Source: Perna viridis (taxonomy: Eukaryota). From it: a stretch of 64,000 bases of DNA. Positions 39,501-54,500 of the stretch are shown here, one piece after another. Each line of letters opens with the position of its first letter. Within the stretch, counting starts at the first letter, position 1. A program made the position numbers and the translations under genes. The notes below the pieces were generated by a model, which made no database searches, was not told where the DNA came from, and was given only the letters and a program-made list of their open reading frames with translations. The stretch lies in assembly GCA_037379345.1 (NCBI GenBank), contig CM074516.1:37423626-37487625 (forward strand), written 5' to 3'.

Positions 39501-42500
39501 TCATAAAGAAAATTTACAATAATCAGAATTTCTCAGTGAGAAACTTCTGACAATTATTGTAAAGATCCATGAAGCTGAAAACTCAGGAATTGGACAAAAA
39601 CTCAATGGAATATGATTTCCGATTCATTAGTTACTAATAAAGAATGGCTTTAATTTCGATAAATTGGTCTGATCAGGCCAAAAAAAAAAAACAAAAAAAC
39701 ACAGAAACTTAACCAACCCTGCTTAGAGTAAATAAACCACTTTTTGCCCACTCTATACACTATATGCATAGTTGTCATTCCTTCTGCAAATTGCAAAAAA
39801 CATTTTCTAAAGAAGAAGATTTTACCTATCCACCATAAAAACTTTTTTTTTTAATAATTAGAAGTAGCTAGAAAAAAAATATTATCTTGTTTTGGCCTCA
39901 GATAGATAGCAGTAGAAACCAAATAAATCCAGATGAAGAGCACATAAATTTAATTTCAGAAAACCTAGTTCTGACATGACCAAAGGATTGTTTTATTACA
40001 GACAATTTACACCTTGTTTAAAGAGAAGGAAACTGAAAAAAATTATTCATACAATGTCATTTCAGTCTTGACACTAAATTACCAAAAAACAACAACAAAA
40101 AATAATAAAAAAATACTTAAAAAAAAAGACCCTAACGTGAAAAAAGCTAAGGAAGATAAACTCCATGTAAATCTGAATTCTGAATCAAAATGTGGAAGAA
40201 TGCAACTGGTTAACCTTTAACAAGGGTAAAAAGGTTGTATTTGCCATTTCTGCTTCATGTCACATAAAATCTAAAATCCCATAACCAAGTTATACATTTG
40301 GCTTTATAGCAAACATTGTGAAAACTTGGCAACAGTAGAACTAATTTATTAGTCTGTATCATAAACATGGAACTTTCATTGTCTCTCAATAAAAATCAAT
40401 GGGGCAGTTAATTCCCCAAATAGCTTGCACAACTAATGGAGAAATATATTTAAAGGGTGTCCATTTAGTTTGATATCATCCATCATTCTGACTGCTGAAT
40501 CTGATTGAGATATAAATAAAAACTTTTTGGTTTTTTGTAAACTAATCCTAGAGGATAGATGAGAAAGAGTGGGTCACGAAGGCCTATCCATCATGCAGTT
40601 TATCAATACTCAGGGTGGCACCATGATTGATTATGTATAGAAATCATGTTATTTTTTCCATTGCAGACTCTCAGACTACTAGTATTGCATTGCACAACCA
40701 TATAATGGTGTCATAGGAGATGTACATAATGCACTGTGAAACCTGTCTAAACCAACCCCTTACAAACTAAATGGTTTGGTTTAGGCAAGTCCTTGGTTTA
40801 CACAAGTTCAAAATGCAATGAAACTGATATTAAGGGACTTCAGAAGATGGTTTTCTCTTTACATAGATTCGGGAAGGAGAAGATTTCACTGTAATAAAAA
40901 CAAACTGCAGACAACATTACAGTATGATGTTTCATTGACAACTATAGACGTCATTTACCCCTACTTTGTAGGAGCTATAGTGATCATGGTGTCTGTCTGT
41001 TTGTCTGTCCACAACTTGTTTATTACTGCAACTACTCATAACAGCCACTTTTATTTGATTTCAGACTTAAGCGAGATCAACTTCCAATTTGACAACTTTT
41101 TGTTTATTATTTTACCATATGCAACAAAGTCACTGGGAATTGTCTTCCTTTTGATAAGTTTTGCTTATAGTTTTTCTAATTATTTAAAGGTTCTTAAACT
41201 TTACTGAAGGAGAGATTAGAAGAATCATAAAAATGGTGAATGGAGTTTGGTACTAATTCAGCATAGGATTTCATGCAAAAATATAGTTTATTCCAATTAT
41301 AGTGGTATATGGTAGATTCTTCTATTCACTAAACTAAAAGTATTTTATTCCTGTAATACATTTACAGCAAGTAAAATAGTTAATTTCAAGGGACAGATAT
41401 GGTCTTTCTTGAACAGACAGTTGACAAGAAGATTTTCAACTTCCTGTTATTCCATAGGCGTACAAGTTCTTCTCAACTGTGCAGTTAACTATACTTATCA
41501 CAATTCATCTGGTATCCAAGGAAGACTAAATCTATCCAGTGAAGTTAACTGTTTTATTCACTATAAAATGATGTTGCTTACAGACAGAATAATAAACAGA
41601 CATACAGTCTCCAATGCAAAAGCAACAGAAGTTTACCACACTTTCTTTACAATAATGCAAAATTGCTTCAATATCCTATTACATAAAATTGAAAACAAAA
41701 TCTTTGAAATGGCAGTTATCAAAATAACTATCATTAATGAAACTGTCAATAAATAGCCCTTCATTATCAAAAATAATGAATTAAGTAATTATAAACATAT
41801 GTTAAGCAATTATATCAGATAAACTTACATACTTTAAATTCAGCTACATACAGGATATATTATAGATATCTGATTAAAGATTCCCTATAGATCTTCCAAA
41901 TTTAGAACCAAGATAAAATTTTACAGAAACACATGCAAACTCACCTTGAATTTTTACCTGGATGATAATGAACTAAGAGCCTGATGCAAAATTAACAGAA
42001 TACCTAGAAAATCATCAATTTCTTTATATGTAATAGACATAGAGGGTAGTGTGCAAAACTGTGTGCAAACTATTTCCTACATAGTAAGTGAGAGTTAACA
42101 GTTACATTCTTCATGATAAATCTCCACAATCAATCAGACATATTAATCTGGCTGCAAAACATCTGCATAACTCATCTGTTTACTATCATAATATAGATTA
42201 TATGGTGGGATGAAGAGTACTGCCCGAGGACAGCAGGCTGAGAGAAAATAGCCTCATTGTTTATTTCCATTATATATACAGTTGAGATAAAAAAAGAAGT
42301 TCATTAGCACTATCCCAGAGCACTTTAGATAATAGAGATCAAGGTGTGAAAGTCATGATAAAAACTGCATAATTCAGTATGAACTAACAGTTTGGTAGCC
42401 CTAAAATTATAACACAAATATTGTCTGAGAATGGAAATAAATATTGAAAGTTCTAAATGAATGAAGTAAACCAATATCAAGTTTCTGAGAGTAAGAAAGA

Positions 42501-45500
42501 AATATGCATTGAGGATATATTATTCCAAGTCATATTGATAAGACACCAAGACAACATTACTGATTATCCTAAATTATGTATGGGTATAAAAATGCATGTT
42601 GTAATCTGGTTAATTAGCTGACATTAAAAAATACATGTATTCCACAGAATGTTTAAATCACAAGAACTATTCAGCAGTAAACTTCTTTATTCAAACCAAG
42701 TAAATACATGTACAAGGGAGTTTTCCTCATTAAGAAAATAACTTGATATTTTAGAAACGCAAGTGTATTTAATATCAAATCTTAAATAACAAGGATAAAC
42801 AGCACACTATAAATTAAATCCTTAAAAACTAACTAGAATTATATGACAGTGTTAAATGAGGTCGTTACAACCATGCACATGTATTAGTTACAGAGCAAAG
42901 AAAAACCCTCCCTACTGATACCTAATATCTGAAACAAAGGAAGTATGCTTTTCAACCAGCAACTATCCTGTACGTAGGAAACAATGTTGTGAACAAGTAT
43001 GCTTTATGTAGACATTTTTGGTATAAAAATTTAGGTTATACTAGGAACAATTTTTTTAAAACTCCATACATTCACTCGGCAAGCATGTTGGTTAATTACA
43101 GGAAAAATAAATTTGTTAGATTATTAAAGGCAAAAAACAATCATTTGATCTTGACTTGAACTAGTCTTGACTCTATAAAGTGTCTTGTGATTGCTCTGAA
43201 TGAAGATTATAATGATTTGAAAATATATGCCCCATGGTGTAACATACACATTGAAATTATCTAAGGCCAAGGATAAAAATAATCTAACCTTGAGATCAAT
43301 GGTGAAGGAAACATTAAGGTCAATGGTCAACATAGTGCATGACAGGAATCCTTTCTGGAGATAAAACCACTTACTAAAGATCTAAGGTTAAGGTCAAAGG
43401 AGAAATAAATTCTACTTTAATGGCCACCATGGAATGCTGGCACAATTGTTCATATTCTTACATTTCTGTGTATCAAAAACTTTAGGACTAAGTCAAAAGA
43501 GATAGTAATTGCCTAGAAAACTGAAAAACTCAACCTTTAAAGCTCACATGCAGTTGACCAAAAGATTAAAGGTCAAGAATGTGTAAAGGTTATAAAAGTA
43601 TGTAGATATCATCTCAAAGTGATAAAACACCTGCCATAGATCTTCTGCTTAGTCAGAAGGCAAAATGTTCTGGTCCATGGGAAGAACAAAAAGAATTGAA
43701 CAGATAAAACCCATCTTAATCAATACAACCCCAGTGTACGATCCTCTTCACAACCAAGTAAAACTATGGAATTTGACAGTGCATACGGGAAAATCTTAAA
43801 TACTTTAAAATAGAAATAAGACATAAAAACTGAAAAACCAAAGGCAGATTATATATTAAATCTATAGTTGATGAAATATTTGCAAATATTTTGCTGATAA
43901 AATAATAATTTATCAAGACTACTGGGACAGTAAGATATAATAACCCCTAACAATCGCTTTTGTTTACCAGTCACAGAAAGCATCATACATAAACCTAAGA
44001 TTTTGAATCAAATAATATGATATGCATACATAGTACCCCGTAGTATACTTACATAGTACCCAGTAATATACTTATAGGTTTACCATCACTATATTTTACA
44101 TTTTTTTGTCTGGTTGTTAAGAAGTACAGAATTGTGAGATGACTATAGGTAGTAAAGAACCCATCCTATCAAGCACACCCTTATGTGTTCAAATTGTTAA
44201 GAACTGTGATATCAGATAGATATATAAATTAATATTTCTGTACTACAGCTTTTCTCCTAGTCATAAAAAAACTAGCTTGTTCTTCCCCTGTCCATTACAC
44301 CCAACCCTAAAAAATATTGGAAACAATGTCGTGTTTTTAATATAATTCATGTTTCTGCAATATATGCAATTTACAATGAAATACATTTTATTTACATAAA
44401 ATAAGCAAAGTTACAGATAGAGACAACTTACAGCAGATTGTGTAACAAATAAAGATTAACAATAATACCTGGTCTGAGTTCTCCTCATCCATTTTAGATA
44501 AAGGTAAGATAATGTCCTCTCTTCACTCTGGATTGTGTAGTTGTTTAACATTCATACTGGCTAATTATAAACATATTCTAAATATTTTGCCAATAAACTA
44601 ATAGGAAATTGATAATTTCCTGATTGAACTTGAAATATGACACTTTGTAATTTTTTGTTACACAAATACTTTTACTCAGATGAAATTAAAGGAAGTCATT
44701 ACCCGTCATCCAAATGACCTTTCTGGCAAAACAGCACAACTCCTTCATAAAAAAATGGCTTCTGTTGGACTTGTAGGAATATTGAATGTAAGGTAATTTG
44801 CAGACTTAAAGGTAAAAATCTGTTTGAGGAGGGATATAATGATCCAAGCAAACAAGAGGCTCCATGGATCCTGAATTGCTCACCTGGTTACATTTTGCCT
44901 TTCAAGGGCAATAAATTTTACAAGGAGATGTCCAACAATTTTGACTCATGAAGACTTTGGTAGGACTTATCATAAGGATCATTTCAGAAATTCAAAGTTT
45001 CTTTCTATCATATTTTTCAAGATATTGGCTGAAAACGGTAAAAAAAAATGTCATTTTTCACCTTTCAAGGGCAATAACTCTTATTCGGAGTTGACTGATG
45101 ACTTTAATCCATGGAGACTTTTGTAGGCCTTATAATAAGGATCATTTCAGCAATTGAAAGAATTTGGCTAAACCTAACTGTTTTGGAGATAAAATATGCG
45201 AAAAATTACTGCCTGACCCCCTATGTTTTTAGCAGCCTTATTTTTTTACCTCAGTTCTATGCAGGATTCCCCAAAGAACATTCATACCAAGTTTGATTCC
45301 AATTGGTCAAGTAGTTTCAGAGGAGAAGATGTTTGAAAGATATAACATTAAACTTGAAAAAAAGACATTGACAAAGGGCAATAACTCCAACATGGCTTAA
45401 CAGATTAAAAAAGAAAACTTAGTCATTGATAGATTGCATCATGCTGAACACTTTTACTTTGTCAGAATTTGGCTAAACCTAACAGTTTTGGAGATATATG

Positions 45501-48500
45501 CAAAAAACTACAGTCTAACCTCTATGTTCTATATTTAGAAATGACAGCAATGTTTTGTATGGAACAAAAATCCCCACATCCGCTCTATGCAGGATACCCT
45601 AAGAAACATTCATATCAAGATTGGTTCCAATTGGTCATGTAGTAAAAGAGGAGAAGAGTTTTGAAAAATTGTTAATGACAATGACAACGATGGACACCAA
45701 GTGATGGCAATAGCTCACATGGCCTTTGTCCAGGTGAGCAAAGGGCAATGATGACACTCCCTTACATCAACAGTTATCTTGACTTTAATGACCTTTTATA
45801 CAGAGATGTCTTAATTGCTTTAGATGAAGGCCTGTCCTCCCAACTAACTCTATTTATTTGTTGAATTATAAACACAAGTAATTAAAATACATGTATAATG
45901 TTCTTTGAATTTTTAAGAGTTATGTACTTTCAACAATATCCTATTTCCCACTGCCCTATATAGACAAGGAAGTCCTCTTTGCTCTTGATCTGTATTTTAT
46001 AAATCAACTGACCTTTGAATGCTATTTGGTCTTTCTTCAAGAAGGTGGTTGAATTCAAAATAAACCTTGACTTAAAAACATTTAAAAAATCACTTTAGAA
46101 CAGCAATCTTTAGAAGATTTATAAATTTCTTCTTAATTTTATTTTAGGTTTGTATGTCTGTTCAATGAAAAAGTATGGAAATCAATAGGGATTAATAACT
46201 AAGATTCCTGAAGGAATGTTTCTTTTTCCACCTTTTAAAAAACACATTCTGGCAATTACTCTTCAGTTAGTTCTCTACATCTTTCAGTATAAAAAGAAAT
46301 TGAAAGGTGCGAAGAATTAATTGGAGAGGAAACTGAACTCTGGCTGAATCATTTTTCAAAGGTTAATTTATATTTCTATAAAATTTGAAATTTTGAAATG
46401 AGGTATTTAATGAGCATTAATTCATTTTGTGTTGACCTGATCAGAGAGTCCCATTTAAGATGTAGGAGATAATATACCTTACATTGTAATCACAATCACT
46501 TATCAAGTCTAATCAGTCTACAGACTAACTATCTTTCACAGCAGAATGCAGGACAAAATTTCAGCAATTGGTCAAAAGAATTTACAAGACTGTATCATAA
46601 AACTTAATGTCTGTTTGTTAATAGTACAGCTGTGATTGTGAATTTTTCTCTGCATTACTCCAATGCATACAAACATACTGAGTGCAGTCAATCACAAACA
46701 ACAAACATGATAATCGCTGCTATCAGAAATATATCAACATTCTCTCAACAGGTGTTTTATCAATATAATCAATGATAAGTTATTGGCTATGCAGCACTAG
46801 TTTACCTATCTCTAAGGAGGATCAGTACAAATATATAGGTATTGTATGAACCACCTGTTTTTGAGTTCTTAATTTGGCTTTTATTTGCTTTCCTTGCTGT
46901 GGAAAATATGGGTATATGATACACAGATACTACAGTAGAACCTAACAACCTGAGTTTTCTTGAATAAGGTAGAATCTGATAATTGGTTTAACCTAAATTT
47001 GATACATGTTATTTTTTTTTTCAAACCACTGAAATCCACAAAACCTGTCTAATATTACATTTTTTTCTATGCCATGATGGATCATTTTAGGTTCTTCTTA
47101 AAAAGTTGTGTTTACACTTTGTGATAATCCAGACAAAAAACCTTTACCCTCAGTGCAATTAAGTCAACTGCACATATGTTAGCCACAGCCTACTTGATTA
47201 TGTACCTTTAAAGCAGCACTGAGCGCTTTTATACCAAATACAACTATGATCAGATGGATGGATTTCTAAAGCTATCCGGTCTAATAGTTAAAGATGTAGT
47301 GCCATATTAAAGCTCTTCTAATATTTACAAGGAATCAACATTAAATCAGATTTTAGAAAATACAACTGTTCGGGTGTTAATCCCCAACAATCAATGAATC
47401 AATCAGACTTTAGAGTACCTTTAAACAATTCAGTGCTCTGATCTATGGTACACTTTTTGATGACCTTTACTCTTCCACCCATCATTTCCTGTTAAAACTG
47501 ATGATACAGCCAATAGATCAGTAAAGGCCGATCAAAGACCCCTAACATACACAGACAGACAATTATTACACAATTATCAGACATATAGAAGTATTGCCAG
47601 TATATCTGAAAGTTAGCCAAAATAATTCGTTTTGTATTGTAGAGAATTTCTATAAAAAGAGGACATTCAGAACAATATTCTCCACAGTAATCTGTCACAA
47701 GAACAGACCTGTAATATATAATACATAACTGAAATAAGGACAAAGTCTCTGACGATTCTAGATCAGTTTTGGCAAAGAAATCCAACATACTTTGCTCCAT
47801 TAACTACTATTCATATTTAAATGGGGACCAAAAACTAGGCAGTAGCAGGTGAATTTCATCCATCTTTTACTTATGTCATCCTGTGTTGTGTGTATTTGCT
47901 TACTTTTAGAAGTTTCAGGAAAACCAATTTACTTTTGACTCAAATCTTTTGCTAATTTGCAAGTTTTCTCCAGTTTCCTGGGAAGCATAAGGAAAGTTGG
48001 ACAAATGATTTATACCTTCCCTATCACCTGTTTGAATGCTGCCACTTTTAATAACAATGTATTAAATAAATTAAGTAGCTGTCTTTGTAAGATGCTTTGT
48101 GATGCACCCCAAAAAAGGCTACATGTTTTTATTTTTGTAATTAAGTTGTTTTATGGGTCTATACTATGCAATGTGTAATTATTCATTCAAATTTGCCTGC
48201 TCTTAGCAGATAATCAACACTGAAAATCCAGTAGATTCTGTTGTATTTCAGCAGCATTTACAGAGTTATCTCCCTTAATTTTGAAATCTACAGTACATTC
48301 TACATAATTTTTACCTCCTAAGAGCACAGGTAATATGAAAAACCACATGTTAATTTCTGTTTACTATGACATTTCAAAAAAAAATATCAAAAATAAAAAT
48401 ATGTAGGCTTTTTACACATGAATCACATTTTGCATGATCCTTAGCTTGAGTGCTACTTAATTGTTAGTCAGAGTTCAGAAAATATTAAAACATGCAAAGA

Positions 48501-51500
48501 ATACAAGGCTATTTTCATCTGGCTTTGACAGAGGTTAAAATTTAATTTCAAATTTGGAACATTCTGGACTTATCCAACATTCAAACAAATGTCTAATCCA
48601 CATGAGGAAAATCAAAAGTTCATAATGAAGTGTCAATGGGCTGAAGATCAAAAACCCAAATGATATTTTAAAGGTCCTAGTTCAGGCTTTTGTATCTCAG
48701 ACCACCACTTATATGAACCCCTACTTTGAATATCAGAACATAAAAATCATCTCAAGAATAAGACGATGTTATAACTTAGTTATTAAGGTATGATGGATAA
48801 TAACACAATAAATTTTTACATGGTTTATTGTGAAACAATACCAGGCTTTGTACTAATACATACATGTATTTACATTTGTCAGCTTCCAGGTAGGAAGGAC
48901 CTCCCCCACATCAGAATACATCAGATATTTTACCTGGTAACAGGTATGAATTACACCTGAAGGTTATCTGTCTACTGTGCCATACCTTGTAATGGGATAG
49001 TAGTAAATTTTTATTACTTTGACCGTAAAAATGACACACCATTGTAACATATTTACTTTGCTTTTACATAGCTGATATTGACCACAGTCTAAAAGATTAC
49101 AACCATTTATTCAAACTTAAAATATGAGCTGTAAAAATACCAGGCATTATTACTTCTTAAATCTTTGGGTGTAAAGCTGATCTCTTTCAATGAAAATTTA
49201 CAAAGTCAAGTATCTATCAAACAGTACTAAAACAATAAAGTCAATAATCTGGAGAAGATTTGCCATTTTAATCCTATAAACAAGTAGAATCAAGTCCTAT
49301 TATATATGATGTCTCTGCCAAAATAAAGAATCGTGGTATTTCAAAAGTAAATTTCAATTGTATCTAAGTTTAGTAACACATAGTTAGGAAATTCAACAAA
49401 AACTGAATAGAATGTTAATAACTGTACAAAAATGAACAATAAAAGGTATTGTACATTTCATTTCCAATTACACCAAAGAATTTATAAATCTTATGTGTAA
49501 TGACTGAAACTTTAATGACATTTAAGACTTGTAATACGATGTCACAATTAATTCCCCTTGACTTTTCGTTGTATATGAATATAATTCCTTTTTTTAGTGT
49601 GTTTCTTCCTGATTTTTTTTCTTTGCTGCCGTGAACTTTATTGCTTAGTATTTACTGCAGAAATGTTGGGCAAGGATCAAATTTACAAGAAATTTTTTTT
49701 CATTCTGTAATTTTATGTGGAAGTTGTGATTTGGCCCTATGAAAGAAGGTCAAAATTTAGGACATTTGGCAGTGGTCACTTTTCATGTCTATGGGGTCTC
49801 TAGAGCAAAGTTGCTAAAAATAAAAAATGCTGGTGAATTTTTCTGGCACTCTTACAGAAATCTGCTTTTATAAATGTTTCCATATTCGTGAAGTTTTATT
49901 GAGTTTGAAGCGGTGGAATTTTTTTTATATGTCAAGATGGGTCTGTTGAAATGCACTACGAAATTACTTGTGTCCTCGTACCTGTAGGGTTAATAGGAAA
50001 GGTATCCCAATTAGTAGAAGGGAGGTAACTGAGGATTGCAAGTAGATCAAGACAGTTCACAATACATTAATCCTGCTTATCAGTTTTATCAACTCTATTA
50101 ATTTTGGTGATTCATATCAAAAGAATGTTCTATCTTATGAATGGCAAAAATTTCTTCTTTACAATGATATCTAGTAACAAAATACTAAAAAATAAATCTT
50201 ACATGTATTATTTCCTGATTCTTTTAAAAACTGAAGGAGAGTAGTAAATAGTAGTTATAGACAAGCTTCTTTTGAAGATTACAACAAAACATTCAATCTA
50301 AAATAAGTTGTTGGAAGTAAAACATAAGGTATTATAATGCCATATATTTAAAAAGAACAAAAATTGACATTCAAGGAAAAGTCTTCTATAAACTCATACG
50401 TTATGCCAGACCTTGCTGAAACTATGCAGATTTTTTGTATCGCACTAGAACTCTAACAAGTAGGCTTCTGGAACAGGGTTATGTTGCTACAAGATTGAAG
50501 TCTTCAATACAGAAGTTTTATGGTCATCATCATGAACTCATGGATCATTATGGTGTATCAATCTGCACCATGAAAACTGATTTATTCAACATGTCATAGT
50601 TTTCCTTTCCTCGTTTGTCTACCCCGGACTTGACTTTTTATGAGCAACTCGGTGGGTGTTTCTAGAAAAAGCAGAGGACGCTTACCCTACCGGTGTACCT
50701 GGTCCATGATCACAGTTTTTAGTGGAGTCCGAGTTGCTCATTTGCTTTTGTTGCTTTGTATGTATGATTTTAGTTACTTTATGTTCTTTGTTGTGTATGT
50801 CTGTTTTCCATGTCTGGTCTTTGTCCCTGGACTACATTCTTTTGATTACAGCTATAACCTTGGTTCCCTTGATTATTCTATTAATTTTGCATGGGCTGAA
50901 TTAGAGAAAATAGTTTACTGGGTTCAACGACCCAAAACAAAATCTTAAATAAGTAAATTTTACATCATTTGACCCCAGAAAAATACTGTAGATAGATAAG
51001 ACATATCAGACATTTACAGAGAGGGAACAGTAACTTTGTCTTGTGCAATACACCACAATGATTTTGCAATTGTCACAAACTGACAAAAGAAGCCATACTT
51101 CAAGGCTAATTGTATCTGTCTTAACCAAACATCCATTAACCTGAGGTATTAGTTCAGGTTAGACAGAGATCTCATTTATTTAGGTGACAGGTTTATACAG
51201 TGGTTTGTTTTGAAAATTTTAACTGTATTTTAACATTGTGATTTTAAGGACTGGTAGAATTGTGAACACAAAAATAAACATGAAATAAATGTTTATAGAA
51301 AACCACTGTTACTAATAAACTAAATATACAATTCTGTTACAATTGTCCTTTACATTCAACAAATCGATCGATTTATTTAGATGTTATGAAATAACTCCAC
51401 ATTTATCATAGTTCAAATGTTCCTAATTTTTACAAATATTCCCTGTAAGAAGAGACCCACCATGTAACAACTGTAATTATACCTTTTGTGTATGTGCATA

Positions 51501-54500
51501 CACTGGAAAGTATACATGGAAGGGATTCCCAATTGCAAAACATCCGGCTTGAAAGAGAGGTTTACTGTATATTTTGTAATTAAAACATATTTTTTCTACC
51601 TAGTGCCATCCCAGAATCTGTGCACTTAAAAACCATCCTACATAAATGTATCTTAGCAATTGAAGAATTAACTGATAAATCTCTGGTTAAGATGATGTTA
51701 AATTAATCTGACTATTTCCTAAAAAATTTCATCATTTACATTTCATTACAACTACAGAACTACTTTAAGAAAATTATTATTAAACTGCTAAAGATTAGAA
51801 AGATTAAACTTCAAAATGTAAACATTACAATCGATGTGTTGCAACACAACATCCATAAGTACATGTATTATTTACCTGAGGCTTTTTTTCTTCTTCCAAA
51901 TGTTTAAAAATGTTCATATCCGTAGTGGACTGAATGGCCGTAGTCTTAACACCATCCATTTTGTTGAAGATTTTTGACAACACTATCCCTTGTCAAATTT
52001 TACAGGTAAAAGTTAACAGTAGTAAAATCATTAAACTGGAATGACTCACATAGTTAAACTGAAAGTACAGTAGAAGACAGACTGAAGGTACCGAAGTTTA
52101 ACATCCAGGTGGACTATTTATATACCTAATAAAATTGTATTGACCAGAGACAGGACTTGGGCTACGTATACACTTTTTATTGACATTGGTTATTTATTAT
52201 TGATGGGTATCATTTCATTGGTATTGAGTAATAATGGTATCTGTTTCTATATAATTAAATTGACTTGGTAATCTTGTGTTAAATAACTTGAGGAGAAGAG
52301 TTATGTAAATGTTTGGACAACACAGGATTTAAAGTTATAATATGGAAAGCATGAGTGAAATAATAATAAGAACCCTGTCTATGTTAATCTAAATATGATA
52401 AAGACTATGTGGAAACAAATCTTATGCCATTTTCGTATACCTTCAAACAGACAGCATACAGTCAATATATTGGTTGGTACATGTGCTGTAGTAAAGTCAT
52501 ATGCACTATGAACTTTAATGTCAAGAAGTCATGGGTGTAAAACCATAAAAGATGCATTGAAAACAGATAGAAACAAATATATTTACTTCAAACTAGTTGA
52601 TGTGCATATGATCATAAAAAATGAAAAGATTGACATATTGTTTGCTTAGTAATGAGTGAAAGATGTTTAAGTGTTTATGCTACTATTTGATTCCCAGATC
52701 ACCTATTCATACACAAGCCCCTTGATCATTTGTAACCTACAACTAAAGCTTCACTGTATTTCTAAAGCAAGTTCAGAAAAAAAAAATGGTTTCCATATCA
52801 GAAAACACCTGTCTACCCAATACACAATAACCTGATATCCCTAATACACATCCTCTACTACTTGATAAATACCTGGTAATTGGTACAAATTATAAAGAAT
52901 ACAAATAATATCTATATGCATTAGTGAACTAGGGTTATTTCCCTTCAAGCTACATTCTTATCATAATTGTGTTTTAGTGAATAGCTGCATTATCTTTCAA
53001 ACTACATGTATTTATCTTTATCAGCAAAACACCTGTAAGGGAATAGTTCAACATTGATAGAGAAAATGTTCCTTTGTTTGGATTAAAAGATACAAAATGG
53101 ATATGCCCAAATACAAGCCTGTCAAGTTATATAGTATGAGGAATTAGGCATTGGAATATACAGATATATATATATTAACAAATTAAGTGATTAAGCATGA
53201 ATGATAAGCTTTTAGTAATAATAATAATCATGACTTAATTTAGCAATGAGTAACATCACCTAGTACAGAATCAGTGAACCTGGGTTAACATATAATTGAA
53301 AGATTAATGCTTGCTACAACACACTTATATAAAGTTGTTCAATAATTTTGAAGTTTAAAATGATCATATGTTCTATCAGATAGATGCCAATTTTTTTTTT
53401 TTTTTTTTTTTTTTTGGGGGGAGCATGTGTGCCTAGATATCCCCATTAACAGTTCAGTATCTTTCTAATAATATTATTCATAATTACAATAACAAATATT
53501 ACACCATATTAATGCAGAGTCCAGTCTGCTCAATAAACTGATATACAGGCCTTTCAAATCTCTATAAACTACAAGATAATAGATGCTTCTACTTTACAGA
53601 GTGGCTGACATGTTGAATGTTTTAGGGCAATGACACCAGTAATATGTATTTGAGTTGAAGCACTTGCAATTTCTTATCTTTGCAAAGACAACTTGTACAA
53701 GAAAAAAAAAACTTTGTACCATCAACTTCTTTCATATGAGAATGTACTGCCACCATTTAACACATCAAGTGGTGGTCTACACAGTTTACTGCAGTATATT
53801 AAAGCCCTGGGCACAAGAATCTTCAAAAGAGATGTTTGTACTTGACATTTTTGTAGATCTCTTGGTGAAAGAGTGAATTTCATTCCAAAGTTCTCCATGG
53901 AAAGCATATCTTATTTCAAATTTATGCCAGTCTTGAAGCCCACATTTGAATGATTTAACCCTTTATATGATAATTCAATGCACTCAGCTAGTTTACTATA
54001 ATTGTACAAGGTCAAATATACAAGATAAAGTGCAATGATTCCCAAACCTAATGTATAGACTGAAATTAAAAAATACTTTAATATAATTTTCTCAGAATTA
54101 AACACATTTGCAGTCAGCCACATAACTTTGAATTTTCAATCAAGGCTTTGTCTTCAATACTAATTAGATATGAGAAAAAGAACTCAATATAAAGGCAACT
54201 TTTCAACAATTAACTTTCTGATATCTTAAACAATGTAAAGTATTGTGGTTATACAGTTGAGAAACTAAAGCAGTTTGTTTTGTTTTCCAAAAATGTTTAT
54301 AATGCAGTGAAAATATCAGATTCTGTCAATTTTTTTTTCAGCACTTTAAAAACAAAAATGTACTACCTTAAATTGAATGTGAATACTGTGCTGAACTTCA
54401 CAAGTCCCTACCAAGGCTTAATAGAACAGCAAAGATGAAAATAACTTTAGGGTTTACATTCCATATACTTTCTTTTTACATGTCACTAATGAACAAAAAC

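Noticed and set aside
40818-41756. 129-aa and 115-aa plus-strand ORFs
   Set aside because: No recognisable domain, composition typical of AT-rich intron, antisense to the LIM gene.
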